From positions 4,416,001 through 4,480,000 of the forward strand of contig OY771506.1 in assembly GCA_963674705.1 (NCBI GenBank): a stretch of DNA of 64,000 bases, written 5' to 3'. The translations under genes were made by a program, and so were the position numbers. Shown here piece by piece: positions 51,322-61,233 of this stretch (positions are counted from its first letter, which is position 1; each line of letters begins with the position of its first letter). This DNA is from Phycisphaeraceae bacterium (GTDB taxonomy: Bacteria > Planctomycetota > Phycisphaerae > Phycisphaerales > Phycisphaeraceae). The notes below the pieces were generated by a model, which saw only the letters and a program-made list of their open reading frames with translations, ran no database searches and was not told the origin of the DNA.

Positions 51322-52485
51322 ATGACGTTTGGCAAACTGAGATACAACAAAGCGGGCTGCGACCATGCCTATGTCGGTGGTGTCCGCTGTGTGATGTGCT
51401 CATTTTGCAGAATCATGCCCATTCTCGTAGTCGTGCTGTGCTTCGTTCTAATCTTCCTGACAGGCTGCCAGGACGAAGTACAGCGATACAAGACGCTGAG
51501 TTTCTTCTTCGATGGCGTGCCAGTGCCGGAGGGTTACGATCCACCCCATAAAACCGAGGAACTGATCGGGCCTTGGGGTGTAGCCATCCCGGCAGACAGT
51601 GACCTTGGCAGGCAGATGCTGGCCGAACGAGATGCCTGGCCAGACCAACAGTCAACACAAGTGACGGAAGAAGTTTTCTTCTATCACACACCGTATCAGA
51701 AACGAGACTGCTTCGGATGCCACAATGAAGAGCAGGGATATACCCCACCGACTACCGGGGCCGAACTTTGCAGCAAGTGCCACGAATCCTACATCGAGTT
51801 TGAGCAAGACGACTGGGTTCATGGCCCCGTCGTGGTTGGTAAGTGTGGTTGGTGCCACGAGGCCCACAAATCTGAATACCCCTCGCTGACCAAAGAAGCC
51901 CAGCCCGATCTTTGCATGACCTGCCACGATCCGTACTTCATTGAAAGCGATCAATTCCATGCCGGCCTTGAGGATAAGCAGTGCTCACGGTGCCATGATC
52001 CGCATGCATCAGGCAACCGTCTTCTTCTTGCTGATTCCCGTACGTACGAGCGTCGTCAAGCGACCTTTGCATTGTTGCCTTCTCCCCACGCAGGCTGGCC
52101 CAAGGACCTGTGCAGTAAATGCCACATCCCCGAGCAGTCCAATGCCTTGACTGAAGATGTCGATTCAACCTGCATTTCGTGCCACGATGAATACACAGCG
52201 GATAACACCGAATCGACTCATATTCATGAAGCGGTTACACAAGGCAAATGCACAGCCTGCCACATGCCACACCGCTCAACAATGCCGAAACTGATCCGCG
52301 CTGATGCGGAAAAGATGTGTTATCAGTGTCACAAACCAGAAGAATTACAGAACGGTAAACACCCAAATGTCACACGTGTGGATTGCCTGATCTGCCATAA
52401 CGGTCACAGTTCTCCTCGGCCTTCGCTGCTCAAACAAGATATTCCTGGCGGCGCCCAACAGGCAAAGGCAGGTGTTGAGCCATGA
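51322..52485 (+). CDS. Decaheme c cytochrome, probable lipoprotein
   Basis: LTGC lipobox, FFDGVP, 10 CxxCH counted; GGAGAGG before ATG 51322. Confidence 0.9.
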   Translation: MTFGKLRYNKAGCDHAYVGGVRCVMCSFCRIMPILVVVLCFVLIFLTGCQDEVQRYKTLSFFFDGVPVPEGYDPPHKTEELIGPWGVAIPADSDLGRQMLAERDAWPDQQSTQVTEEVFFYHTPYQKRDCFGCHNEEQGYTPPTTGAELCSKCHESYIEFEQDDWVHGPVVVGKCGWCHEAHKSEYPSLTKEAQPDLCMTCHDPYFIESDQFHAGLEDKQCSRCHDPHASGNRLLLADSRTYERRQATFALLPSPHAGWPKDLCSKCHIPEQSNALTEDVDSTCISCHDEYTADNTESTHIHEAVTQGKCTACHMPHRSTMPKLIRADAEKMCYQCHKPEELQNGKHPNVTRVDCLICHNGHSSPRPSLLKQDIPGGAQQAKAGVEP

Positions 52486-54485
52486 GCCTGCATCTGCCGC
52501 GATCAGTTGGTGTCTTGGTGCTTCTGATGTTTCCGTCGATAACGGCGCATGCTCAGTCGACCGCACCAATCCAGCCCATGAACATCACCGGGTTTGAAGG
52601 CGACCTGTTATTCACCGGACACTACCGGATCGACGAAGAAACCAGCGGCAATGGTCAGGTGACCGAAGAAAAAGATATATTCTTCCGTGAAGAGCTTGGT
52701 TTGAGATCCAGTGGTTACTTTTATCACCCCAATCTGGTCGATTGGAGCGCCGGTCTCAGACTCGGCCTGACACAGCAACGTATCGACATTAATAACGAAA
52801 GCTACGACTCCGACGGCGACATTTTCGGATACAACCTCAATGCGCTATTCCTGAAGGAAAAGCCCGTCTCTGTACGTGCCTATGCCAGAAAAACAGACGA
52901 CTTCATAGATCGCAGCTTTGCCCGGCAGATCGAGTTAAAAACGCGCGTCGAGGGCGCCGAGGTTTACATCAAAGGGCAGACACCCATCACACTTCTGTTT
53001 GAACAAAGCGACATCTATGAAGAATCAGACATAAGAACCGACGATGAGACTTCAGACTTGTTCCGCTTCCAGATGATAGATGCACGCAATCCGGATCTGT
53101 TTTCCGAACTGGTTTATGAACATGAGGATGTTGATAAGACAGCAACGTTCTTCCTGGACGGTGAACCCCCGGTGATCCAGGACCTGCCCGACCGTCGAGA
53201 TGAAGTCAGGCTTACAAACAGATGGCGGTTCCCGGATGGCGACCTGACGCACTCTTTATATGGCCATTTACGCCTGCTACGACGACGTGGGGCATTCAAC
53301 AACGATCTTGCCAGCTTCAACCAACGCCTGGATCTACAGCACAGTGATACACTCACTACGTTCTACCGGATTCAAGCATTAACTGATGATACGGACACTC
53401 AGAAAGAAGACCTGCTGGAAGGCGAAGTCGGCTTTATCAAGCAGTACTATCAGAGTTTGTCCGTGACCGGCCGTGTCTTTGCCACGGATAACAAGTTCGA
53501 CAGCAGTGAAGAGCAGAGCTACGGTACCTTCTTTGACTTCGACTATCGTAAAAACACCCCTGTGGGGCGATATAACGCAAGCCTAGGGGTCGGAACGGAT
53601 TTTCAAGACCAGAGTTCAGATTCCGGGTTTAGGAGTATACGAGATGAAGCCGTCGTTCTGGCTGGCGTGACGCCGCAGCAGTTGAGTGAGCCAAACGTCG
53701 TTCCTGGATCGGTTGTGGTTACCGATGTTAATAATGCGGTCACCTTTATTGAAGGCGTGGATTACACGCTTCAGCAATTCGGCCAATTTACTGAGATCGT
53801 GCGATTGGTTACCGGGTCGATCGTCGATGGTCAGCTCGTACTGGTAGATTACGAGGTTGAAGCGGCCGAAAACGCCAACATTCAGACTAACAGGATCCAT
53901 CTTCGTCAACGTCTTCAGATTCAAGACACTCCGTTTGCTTTACTCACTGAATACCGTTTGCGTGACGAAAAACTGCTTTCTGGAGATGATCCCGGGAATC
54001 TTGATCGGCAGGAAATAATCATGTTCGGCTTGGAGTACCATGAAGACCCGTTTACGATTGTCGGCGAATACGAACAGCGCGACCAGCGCCTCTCACCATC
54101 TTCCGTCTCGTATCTTGTTCGAGGCACCTATGACCAGGTATTCAACGACACGATGACCACGACTATCGGCGCTGATTATGAAAACCTGGATTACACCGAT
54201 GCCGAAGACTTCGACCTGGAACCGGGCCGGGACTTTTTAGATCGCTACGGCGTATTTGCTCATACAACAGTCAAATTGCGGCGGGACCTGCTTACACGAT
54301 TCGAAGCCAGCTACAACGATATGAAAGGCAGAGACAACAATAAGCTGGCACGTATCGGAGCATCGTTGAACTATCGGCGTGGGAATCTTAACTTCACGAT
54401 CAGCGGTTACCATGAGGAGTACGAACAGGAAGATGAAACCGGTGATAATGATGTAATCCGCTTCACGCTCAGGCGTTCCTTTTAA
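52482..54485 (+). CDS. Large outer-membrane beta-barrel (porin of a porin-cytochrome module)
   Basis: Signal peptide; alternating amphipathic strands; C-terminal FTLRRSF; coupled to the decaheme gene by ATGA overlap. Confidence 0.8.
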   Translation: MSLHLPRSVGVLVLLMFPSITAHAQSTAPIQPMNITGFEGDLLFTGHYRIDEETSGNGQVTEEKDIFFREELGLRSSGYFYHPNLVDWSAGLRLGLTQQRIDINNESYDSDGDIFGYNLNALFLKEKPVSVRAYARKTDDFIDRSFARQIELKTRVEGAEVYIKGQTPITLLFEQSDIYEESDIRTDDETSDLFRFQMIDARNPDLFSELVYEHEDVDKTATFFLDGEPPVIQDLPDRRDEVRLTNRWRFPDGDLTHSLYGHLRLLRRRGAFNNDLASFNQRLDLQHSDTLTTFYRIQALTDDTDTQKEDLLEGEVGFIKQYYQSLSVTGRVFATDNKFDSSEEQSYGTFFDFDYRKNTPVGRYNASLGVGTDFQDQSSDSGFRSIRDEAVVLAGVTPQQLSEPNVVPGSVVVTDVNNAVTFIEGVDYTLQQFGQFTEIVRLVTGSIVDGQLVLVDYEVEAAENANIQTNRIHLRQRLQIQDTPFALLTEYRLRDEKLLSGDDPGNLDRQEIIMFGLEYHEDPFTIVGEYEQRDQRLSPSSVSYLVRGTYDQVFNDTMTTTIGADYENLDYTDAEDFDLEPGRDFLDRYGVFAHTTVKLRRDLLTRFEASYNDMKGRDNNKLARIGASLNYRRGNLNFTISGYHEEYEQEDETGDNDVIRFTLRRSF

Positions 54486-54496
54486 AGGTGTCATGC

Positions 54497-55579
54497 ATGT
54501 TCAATGCCACACAATCAACAACCTGCCTTAGGGCGATCACAGCCATATTTCTTGTGTTGTCGATTGTCGGATGTGCTACACCGGACAAATCGGACCAAGC
54601 CTATCATCCGGTCTGGCCGCCGCCACCGGCACAACCACGCGTCCGCCACATCATGGACATCCACTCACCCGACGACCTGCGTAAGCCGTCCGCATTGGAT
54701 AACTTGGGCAGGCTTATCACAGGCGGTGGTAAACAGATCCTGACACGGCCAAATAGTGCCGCCGTTGTCGGTAATAATCTGCTCTGTGTAACGGACCAGG
54801 AATGGCAGGGTGTTCATCTGATGCGTATGAATTCTTCCGGCTCAAAGTTTGTATCACTGGCCACAGACAAACTCCACTTCGTCTCTCCTGTTGGTATCGC
54901 AGAGTTTGGGAAACTAATAGCGGTATCCGATAGTGCCCTGAACAACGTCTACCTACTGACACAGGATGGCAAACCTGCCGGGCAGATTGAGGTTCAGGAT
55001 GGTTTCGCCCGACCGACTGGAATGATGTACGACACTGATAGGGATGAGTTGTATGTTGTCGATACGCTTGCCAATCAGGTTTACGTGTTCGATAGGCATG
55101 GGGATTTGGTTAGGAAGTTCGGATCACAGGGTATCGCTCCCGGGCAATTCAATTACCCAACGCATATTTTTGTTGACAATAGAGGCCGTGTGTTTATCAC
55201 TGACTCGATGAACTTCCGCGTGCAGGTTTTCGATCGCGAGGGTAACTACCTGTTCGATATCGGTGCACACGGCGACGCCAGTGGTTTTCTGGCAGTACCG
55301 AAGGGTGTGGGTGTGGATTCAGTTGGCCACATCTATATCGTCGATTCCTACTTTTCAAACGTACAGGTCTTTGATGAGAAAGGCACATTCTTACTTAGCA
55401 TCGGGGGGCCCGGCAAAGGGATCGGCCAATTCCAGGTACCTTCCGGTCTGCATGTTGACAAAAACAACCGTATCTATATCTGCGACAGCTATAACAGGCG
55501 GGTCCAGGTTCTCGAGTACCTGGATGAAGTAAGCGAAGGAGTTGCGAATCATGAAAACGATTCAGCCACTGATCATTAG
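54497..55579 (+). CDS. NHL-repeat beta-propeller lipoprotein
   Basis: IVGC lipobox; WPPPPAQPRV; GQFNYPTHI, TDSMNFRVQVF, PKGVGVDS. Confidence 0.85.
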   Translation: MFNATQSTTCLRAITAIFLVLSIVGCATPDKSDQAYHPVWPPPPAQPRVRHIMDIHSPDDLRKPSALDNLGRLITGGGKQILTRPNSAAVVGNNLLCVTDQEWQGVHLMRMNSSGSKFVSLATDKLHFVSPVGIAEFGKLIAVSDSALNNVYLLTQDGKPAGQIEVQDGFARPTGMMYDTDRDELYVVDTLANQVYVFDRHGDLVRKFGSQGIAPGQFNYPTHIFVDNRGRVFITDSMNFRVQVFDREGNYLFDIGAHGDASGFLAVPKGVGVDSVGHIYIVDSYFSNVQVFDEKGTFLLSIGGPGKGIGQFQVPSGLHVDKNNRIYICDSYNRRVQVLEYLDEVSEGVANHENDSATDH

Positions 55580-57230
55580 CGTTATAGGTCTTGGCATCTG
55601 CCTGTTGTTGAGTGTCGATGGTATCGCACAGAGTCAGACATCAGATGTCGCATCGACCAAGCACAATCTTTCTTCAACCGGACCAGGTACCGTGCGTGTT
55701 GAAGGCTCATCAGGTGTCTGCAGGTATTGCCACACGCCTCACAGTTCTAATCCAATCGCACCGCTCTGGAACCGGGATGATCCGGGCACCTACTACCAGA
55801 CATATGAAAGTTCGACACTTGTAGCAGACGTCGGGCAACCCAGCGGTTCGTCGCGTTTGTGTTTGAGTTGTCACGATGGCACCATCGCGCTGACGCAAAC
55901 CTACAATCCCAATAATGCTCCAGGTGGCAGTACGGTTTTCATCACATCCAGCGACAGGGGATACATCGGCACAGACCTCAGCGACGATCACCCGATCAGT
56001 TTCGTATACGATTCAGGGCTTGCCGTCGCGAAAGGTCAGTTGCGAGACCCCTCATCGTTACCGCCAGAGTTGCCGCTGGACCACAACAACCATGTGCAGT
56101 GCACAACCTGTCACGAACCGCACGATGATTCTTTCGGCAACTTCCTGAGAATGGACAACACGGAGTCTCGCATGTGCCTGAGTTGTCACGAGCCGGACAA
56201 CTGGGCCAGTTCGGCACACGCCAATTCTGGTGCATCGCTGGCGGGCTCTGATGCCATCTGGGACAACATATCCGCATCAACTGTACGTGAAGCGGGTTGT
56301 GAGAGCTGCCACCGTCCCCACACCGCCGGTGGCCGAGAACGCTTACTTCGACGTGAAGCCGAAGAAGACAACTGCATGGACTGCCACGATGGTACAGTCG
56401 CCCGCGTCGATCTAAGTCCTTCACTTAATGCTCTTAGCACGCATCCTGTCAGATTGACGACGGGGGTTCATGATCCGACCGAGTTGCCTTCGACCATGAG
56501 CGAGCATGTCGAATGTGCAGACTGCCATAATCCTCACCAAGCCAGCCGCGGCGGCCCGAGACAGGCGCCCTATATTCAGCCTGCAATGGCTGGCGCAATC
56601 GGTGTGATGAATGCGGGTCTCACTCCGGGCGAAGCACAATACGAATACCAGGTGTGCTTCAAGTGCCACGGCTCACGCAATGTCAGCCAGCCGACTGTGG
56701 ACCGTATCTATGACAACAGCGATCTGGCCGATGCTTTTGACCCACCGAACGACAGTTATCATCCTGTACAGACACAAGGTAAAAACCCGAATGTTCCCAG
56801 CCTTGTACAGAAGTACAAGACGACCAGCATGATCTATTGCAGCGACTGCCACGGCAGCGATGATCCTTCCGTGAGAGGACCCCATGGCTCACGATTCTCC
56901 CCGCTGCTGACGCATAATTACAACACACGCAATAACACCACGGAAAGCCCGCAAGCCTATGCGCTTTGCTACGAATGCCATAACCGAGCAAGTATCCTGA
57001 GTAATGAGAGCTTCGCAAAACATAAGGAACATCTCGATTCAAACGCATCCTGCGCTACATGCCACGATCCGCACGGCGTCAGAGAGAATACTCACCTGAT
57101 TAACTTCGATCGCACAACGGTCAGTGCCGCGAGTAACGGCGTCGGGCCGATATTCCGAGATAGTGGTGTGTTTGCAGGCTCTTGCACATTGTCTTGCCAC
57201 GGTGTAGACCACATTGACAAAAGCTACTAG
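55551..57230 (+). CDS. Multiheme c cytochrome (11 CxxCH + 1 CxxxCH) with N-terminal OmcE-like domain
   Basis: Signal peptide; TKHNLS..CRYCHTPH..PLWNR..CLSCHDG..GTDLSDDHPISF..CTTCHEPH..FLR..CLSCH, then 8 more heme motifs. Confidence 0.9.
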   Translation: MKTIQPLIISVIGLGICLLLSVDGIAQSQTSDVASTKHNLSSTGPGTVRVEGSSGVCRYCHTPHSSNPIAPLWNRDDPGTYYQTYESSTLVADVGQPSGSSRLCLSCHDGTIALTQTYNPNNAPGGSTVFITSSDRGYIGTDLSDDHPISFVYDSGLAVAKGQLRDPSSLPPELPLDHNNHVQCTTCHEPHDDSFGNFLRMDNTESRMCLSCHEPDNWASSAHANSGASLAGSDAIWDNISASTVREAGCESCHRPHTAGGRERLLRREAEEDNCMDCHDGTVARVDLSPSLNALSTHPVRLTTGVHDPTELPSTMSEHVECADCHNPHQASRGGPRQAPYIQPAMAGAIGVMNAGLTPGEAQYEYQVCFKCHGSRNVSQPTVDRIYDNSDLADAFDPPNDSYHPVQTQGKNPNVPSLVQKYKTTSMIYCSDCHGSDDPSVRGPHGSRFSPLLTHNYNTRNNTTESPQAYALCYECHNRASILSNESFAKHKEHLDSNASCATCHDPHGVRENTHLINFDRTTVSAASNGVGPIFRDSGVFAGSCTLSCHGVDHIDKSY

Positions 57231-57314
57231 CGAGTGATTACGATTTCATATAATCAGACGTTTGTACCGTGTTAGTCATAAAGTCTGATTATCGTGCAAC
57301 ATTGTCCGGCTGAT

Positions 57315-58334
57315 TCATTGCCTGGCAGATCGATGCTCATAAGCATTGCGATATGCTACTGCCGCCTGCTCCCATTCCTGGTCGTGTTCATGGACGCGTC
57401 CGAGATAGTAGTAAGCCTCAGAAGGATCAGGATTCACGTTCAAGGCAGCATCTAACGCAACTTTCGCCTCTTCGTAGCGATCTAACTCAACCAAGGCGCG
57501 TCCGCGGAGCGTCTGAACACGCCACGTCGGCGCCTTGCCTTCAGGTATTGTGTCAAGCTGAGTGATGGCTTGAGTTGGATTTTGTTTAATCACATACACA
57601 CGGGCCAACATCAGGATCAATTGCGTATCCTTGGGATCAATCGTTAATCCTTGTTGTAATTCTTGCAACGCAAGGTCGGTTTGCCCCTTTTCAAGCAACC
57701 GCTCCGCCATGTGTAAATGTCTTGAAGCGACACTGTCCGGCGTACTGGCTATTGTTCCATTTGATTTTAGCCGTTCTTCCAAGGCAGTTTTATCAATAAC
57801 GCCGTTCGCGTAATCGACATAGGCCTGCAGATCCTTGCCGTACGATGCTCGCAATCCTGGCATGTGTGCAACTCGGTTACCTGCCGGATCAATGACTTCG
57901 GTCGTTGGCCATACCCGTACAGATAATTGCCCTGATGCGTCGTAATCCTGGTCAATCACAACTGGACCCGCCCACTGGCCGGAATCCTTGATACGTTTGG
58001 CGCCCTCAGCGGCATCTTGGCCACTGACGACAAGGATAGGCTGGATCAAGTCTTTATGTGCAGGATCAGCTAAGAGCACATTGAGTTGGTTCATCGCAGT
58101 GTCACTGCGCTCCTGGTCGGCTTTGACAAACAGGATGATGCTGGTCTTGCCTTCGACAGGCACTCCGATTTGATCGCCTTCCGCATCCGTCACACGCCAT
58201 TCGATCTGGGCCACTGCTATCTGATCTGTAGATTGTGACATTGCGATATTGCCATGCATGGCAAGAGATAGTCCCAAGGCAGCAGTACAAAGTGTTTTGA
58301 GTCCGTACTTCATCATATGATTGTGCTGTTTCAT
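57315..58334 (-). CDS. Secreted thioredoxin-like (no CxxC) + TPR protein
   Basis: Signal peptide; VWPTTEVID cis-Pro strand; C-terminal TPR helices (AYYYLGRV). Confidence 0.7.
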   Translation of the reverse strand: MKQHNHMMKYGLKTLCTAALGLSLAMHGNIAMSQSTDQIAVAQIEWRVTDAEGDQIGVPVEGKTSIILFVKADQERSDTAMNQLNVLLADPAHKDLIQPILVVSGQDAAEGAKRIKDSGQWAGPVVIDQDYDASGQLSVRVWPTTEVIDPAGNRVAHMPGLRASYGKDLQAYVDYANGVIDKTALEERLKSNGTIASTPDSVASRHLHMAERLLEKGQTDLALQELQQGLTIDPKDTQLILMLARVYVIKQNPTQAITQLDTIPEGKAPTWRVQTLRGRALVELDRYEEAKVALDAALNVNPDPSEAYYYLGRVHEHDQEWEQAAVAYRNAYEHRSARQ

Positions 58335-58345
58335 GGCATGGCTTT

Positions 58346-59686
58346 CTATTGCTGTGCGGTGTAATCGACAGGATTCTCACGGTCATATGCTTTGTGCTGA
58401 TGGCAACCGGGCGTACACGATCCGCCGGTATCGGTCTGCTCGTAATTGATCGGTAACTCCCAGTTACCATATGGAACGGTTTCTCGCAGATGCAGAGCCA
58501 ACGTGCTGGCGTGAACACTATGGCACGCCCTGCAGCTCCGTCCGCGTGGATCCTTATTCACATGCATATAATGCATGTTGGTATCACCATTACGGAATCC
58601 GGTCAATCCCTTTGCTTCTGGTGTTAGCACCAGTTGCTCGTCATGACATTCAAAACAAAGCTTGTAACTGTTAATATCAAACGGCTGGTAGAACGTTTCG
58701 GGGTATTCTTCGGTGAGTAGGTTTGAGAATTCTGAACCGTGAACATTATGACACCCGCCACAACTGCCCTCGGCAACCGGGCCGTGTTTAATGAGGTTCG
58801 GATTTGTAACTTCCGTCACAGCGGCGACATCCCGCCCATCGATTGCTGTAACCGGCTCGTTGTGACAGGTCATGCAGATGTCAACGGGTTTATCTTTCAT
58901 CAGGTTTGCCAAATCGCCGCCGTGTGGCGTATGGCAATTCCCACACGCCCGGTCCTGCGTAACTGCTGTGTGCTGATACTTAGCAGTGGTAACCGCTTCT
59001 TTTACCTGTTCATGGCATGATGTGCACAATTCATTTTGAGATTCACGGATAAACATCGGGAAGTTTGATCCGTGCGCATCATGGCAATTCATGCAATCCT
59101 CTTTAACAGGCTCATGCACAAACGTAACTTTGCTAAGCTGATCATTCATCTCCGTATGACATGTAACACACAACTCCCGGCCGGTCTCGACCAGAAGCTT
59201 AGGCTTTGTAGAAGCGTGTGCCTGGTGACACATCCCGCAGGCGCCGGCCGCAACCGGGCCATGAATAAACTCCATATTCGCTGTCACATCCTGGTGGCAT
59301 GATGCACACAACTCATTCATCGTTGGCTTCTTCAGAGAGTTACTATCAAATCCACCATGCGGATCATGGCATCCGGTACAGTCGCGTGTGACCAGTGGTT
59401 CGTGCAATGTTGCCCCCTCTGGCACCTCGATGACGTGGCAGAATGTACAGGTTTCAGCCTTTTCTCTTGCCGGCTTATACGTGTGTGTCTTAGCATCAAC
59501 CAACGTATGACAAGCATCACAGGCATTTACATTCACAGGTCCATGCAGAACCTTGTGATCTTTTACATTCGCATGGCAATCCGCGGTGACACAACTCTCG
59601 GGCTTGATCTCTGTCGTCGGTTTATCGAGCCCCATACAAAGGGTTGTGCATAGCACAAGCATGATAATTGTCTGGTAGTACTTCAT
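58346..59686 (-). CDS. Multiheme c cytochrome (13 CxxCH + CX4CH + CX3CH)
   Basis: Motifs counted; repeated H.P....C..CH..H units; signal peptide. Confidence 0.9.
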   Translation of the reverse strand: MKYYQTIIMLVLCTTLCMGLDKPTTEIKPESCVTADCHANVKDHKVLHGPVNVNACDACHTLVDAKTHTYKPAREKAETCTFCHVIEVPEGATLHEPLVTRDCTGCHDPHGGFDSNSLKKPTMNELCASCHQDVTANMEFIHGPVAAGACGMCHQAHASTKPKLLVETGRELCVTCHTEMNDQLSKVTFVHEPVKEDCMNCHDAHGSNFPMFIRESQNELCTSCHEQVKEAVTTAKYQHTAVTQDRACGNCHTPHGGDLANLMKDKPVDICMTCHNEPVTAIDGRDVAAVTEVTNPNLIKHGPVAEGSCGGCHNVHGSEFSNLLTEEYPETFYQPFDINSYKLCFECHDEQLVLTPEAKGLTGFRNGDTNMHYMHVNKDPRGRSCRACHSVHASTLALHLRETVPYGNWELPINYEQTDTGGSCTPGCHQHKAYDRENPVDYTAQQ

Positions 59687-61233
59687 GAGGGTCCCCCTTG
59701 TGAGGGTGCTTCGTTGGTATTGGGTGAATCTACAGTTTGACCACGGATATACTCTTTGGGTTCATGACATCCCGGCGAGCAACTACCACCGGTCTCGGTT
59801 CGGCTGAAGTTGATAGGCATGGCCCAGTTTGATCCCTCGAAGGGCACATCGGACGCGATGTGATCGGGGCGGTCGCTTCCGTGAATATCGTGACAAGTCT
59901 TACAGGTCCTGCCTTTTTCATCCTTATGAACGTGCACGTAGTGCAGGTTCCGATCACCCTGACGGAATCCTGTCAGACTGTCTGTATTCTCAGTAAGGAC
60001 TAGATCAGCGCTATGACAACTGAAACACAGTGCGTAATTGGTCAGATCGAAGCTCGCATAGAAAGATTCTGGAAATGCTTTAACCAGCAAGCGTGCATTT
60101 TCACCACCATGCACACTGTGACATGCAGCACAGTCTCCCGACCGGATCGGGCCATGCAGATACTTTTTATTGAGTGTCGCCTGCATATCCTGCACGGTGT
60201 GTCCATCGGCCGCGATGACAGGTTTATCATGGCATTGCATGCAGAGTTTGTCGGTTCTGTCTTGCAACAGAGCTTGCCCCCCTGCCGCGTGAGGATTGTG
60301 ACAGTTCGCACAAGCATCATCAATAAACAAGGCATCATGTGACACGGGTTGTGTCTCTATACGTTTTGCCATACCGTCATGACACGAGAAGCAGCCTTGG
60401 GCTATTGGTTGCGATAGATGGAATGGATTCTCGCTGGTGTGCGCATCATGACATGTTGTGCAACCGGTCTCGGCTGGTTCATGAACGAATGGCGAGTTAG
60501 CCATACTGACCTGAATACCGGTATGACAACTGAAGCATTGATCAGGCTGTTCACCTTGCCGAAGAAGATTCGCAGCGTTAGATTCGTGTGGTTCATGACA
60601 GACCGTGCACTGCCCCGCAGCAAATGGGCCGTGAGCATACTTCTTAAGTGGGATCTGGTGACAGGTTGAACATAACTGCTCAACTGATGGCTCGGTCAGA
60701 AGGAACTTCGTATCCGAACTATGTGGGTCATGACACGCGGTACAACCACTGATTTCAACAGCCTCGTGCTCGTGTGACCGCATACCAATGACCGGATGAC
60801 AGAATAGACATGTCTGATTGCCCTCACGTTTTAGCGGGAAGACATGCTTGCCGGTATCTTGCTCATGACACGACTCACAGTTGGCAACAGCAACCGGACC
60901 ATGAATCTGCTTTTGAGTCATAAATTGTGTGTGACATCCGGGCGTAACGCAGGTAGCCCCTACGGCCATCGGCTCGGTTGGTTTGGGCAATGGTTCAGCA
61001 GCTTTAAATCGGCTGGTTGAGCTGGATGATGAATTATTCTGATTAGCCTCAAAGTGTGAAGTGGAGGAGGCCGTGGCAGATGTGCCACTTTTGCTATCAG
61101 CTTCTGGCGTCTCGTGGCCACAACCAGCTATACCGAACATTGCCGTTATGCTCAACAGCATCACAAGCATACAACGCGTTGATACATACCGCGATGTTCG
61201 TGTATTAATCGATTTGGTCTGTGGCTTTGTCAT
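59683..61233 (-). CDS. Multiheme c cytochrome lipoprotein (13 CxxCH + CX4CH + CX3CH), paralog of 58346
   Basis: IAGC lipobox, Ser-rich linker, same motif order as the 58346 protein. Confidence 0.9.
   Translation of the reverse strand: MTKPQTKSINTRTSRYVSTRCMLVMLLSITAMFGIAGCGHETPEADSKSGTSATASSTSHFEANQNNSSSSSTSRFKAAEPLPKPTEPMAVGATCVTPGCHTQFMTQKQIHGPVAVANCESCHEQDTGKHVFPLKREGNQTCLFCHPVIGMRSHEHEAVEISGCTACHDPHSSDTKFLLTEPSVEQLCSTCHQIPLKKYAHGPFAAGQCTVCHEPHESNAANLLRQGEQPDQCFSCHTGIQVSMANSPFVHEPAETGCTTCHDAHTSENPFHLSQPIAQGCFSCHDGMAKRIETQPVSHDALFIDDACANCHNPHAAGGQALLQDRTDKLCMQCHDKPVIAADGHTVQDMQATLNKKYLHGPIRSGDCAACHSVHGGENARLLVKAFPESFYASFDLTNYALCFSCHSADLVLTENTDSLTGFRQGDRNLHYVHVHKDEKGRTCKTCHDIHGSDRPDHIASDVPFEGSNWAMPINFSRTETGGSCSPGCHEPKEYIRGQTVDSPNTNEAPSQGGPS

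Noticed and set aside
51322..54485. Calling the decaheme/porin pair mtrA/mtrB
   Set aside because: Heme spacing, lipobox and barrel sequence do not resemble MtrAB closely enough to assign symbols.
57250..57292. Terminator between the convergent cytochrome operons
   Set aside because: An ATAATCAGAC/GTCTGATTAT inverted repeat exists but is AT-rich with a long loop and no U-tract; too weak to call.
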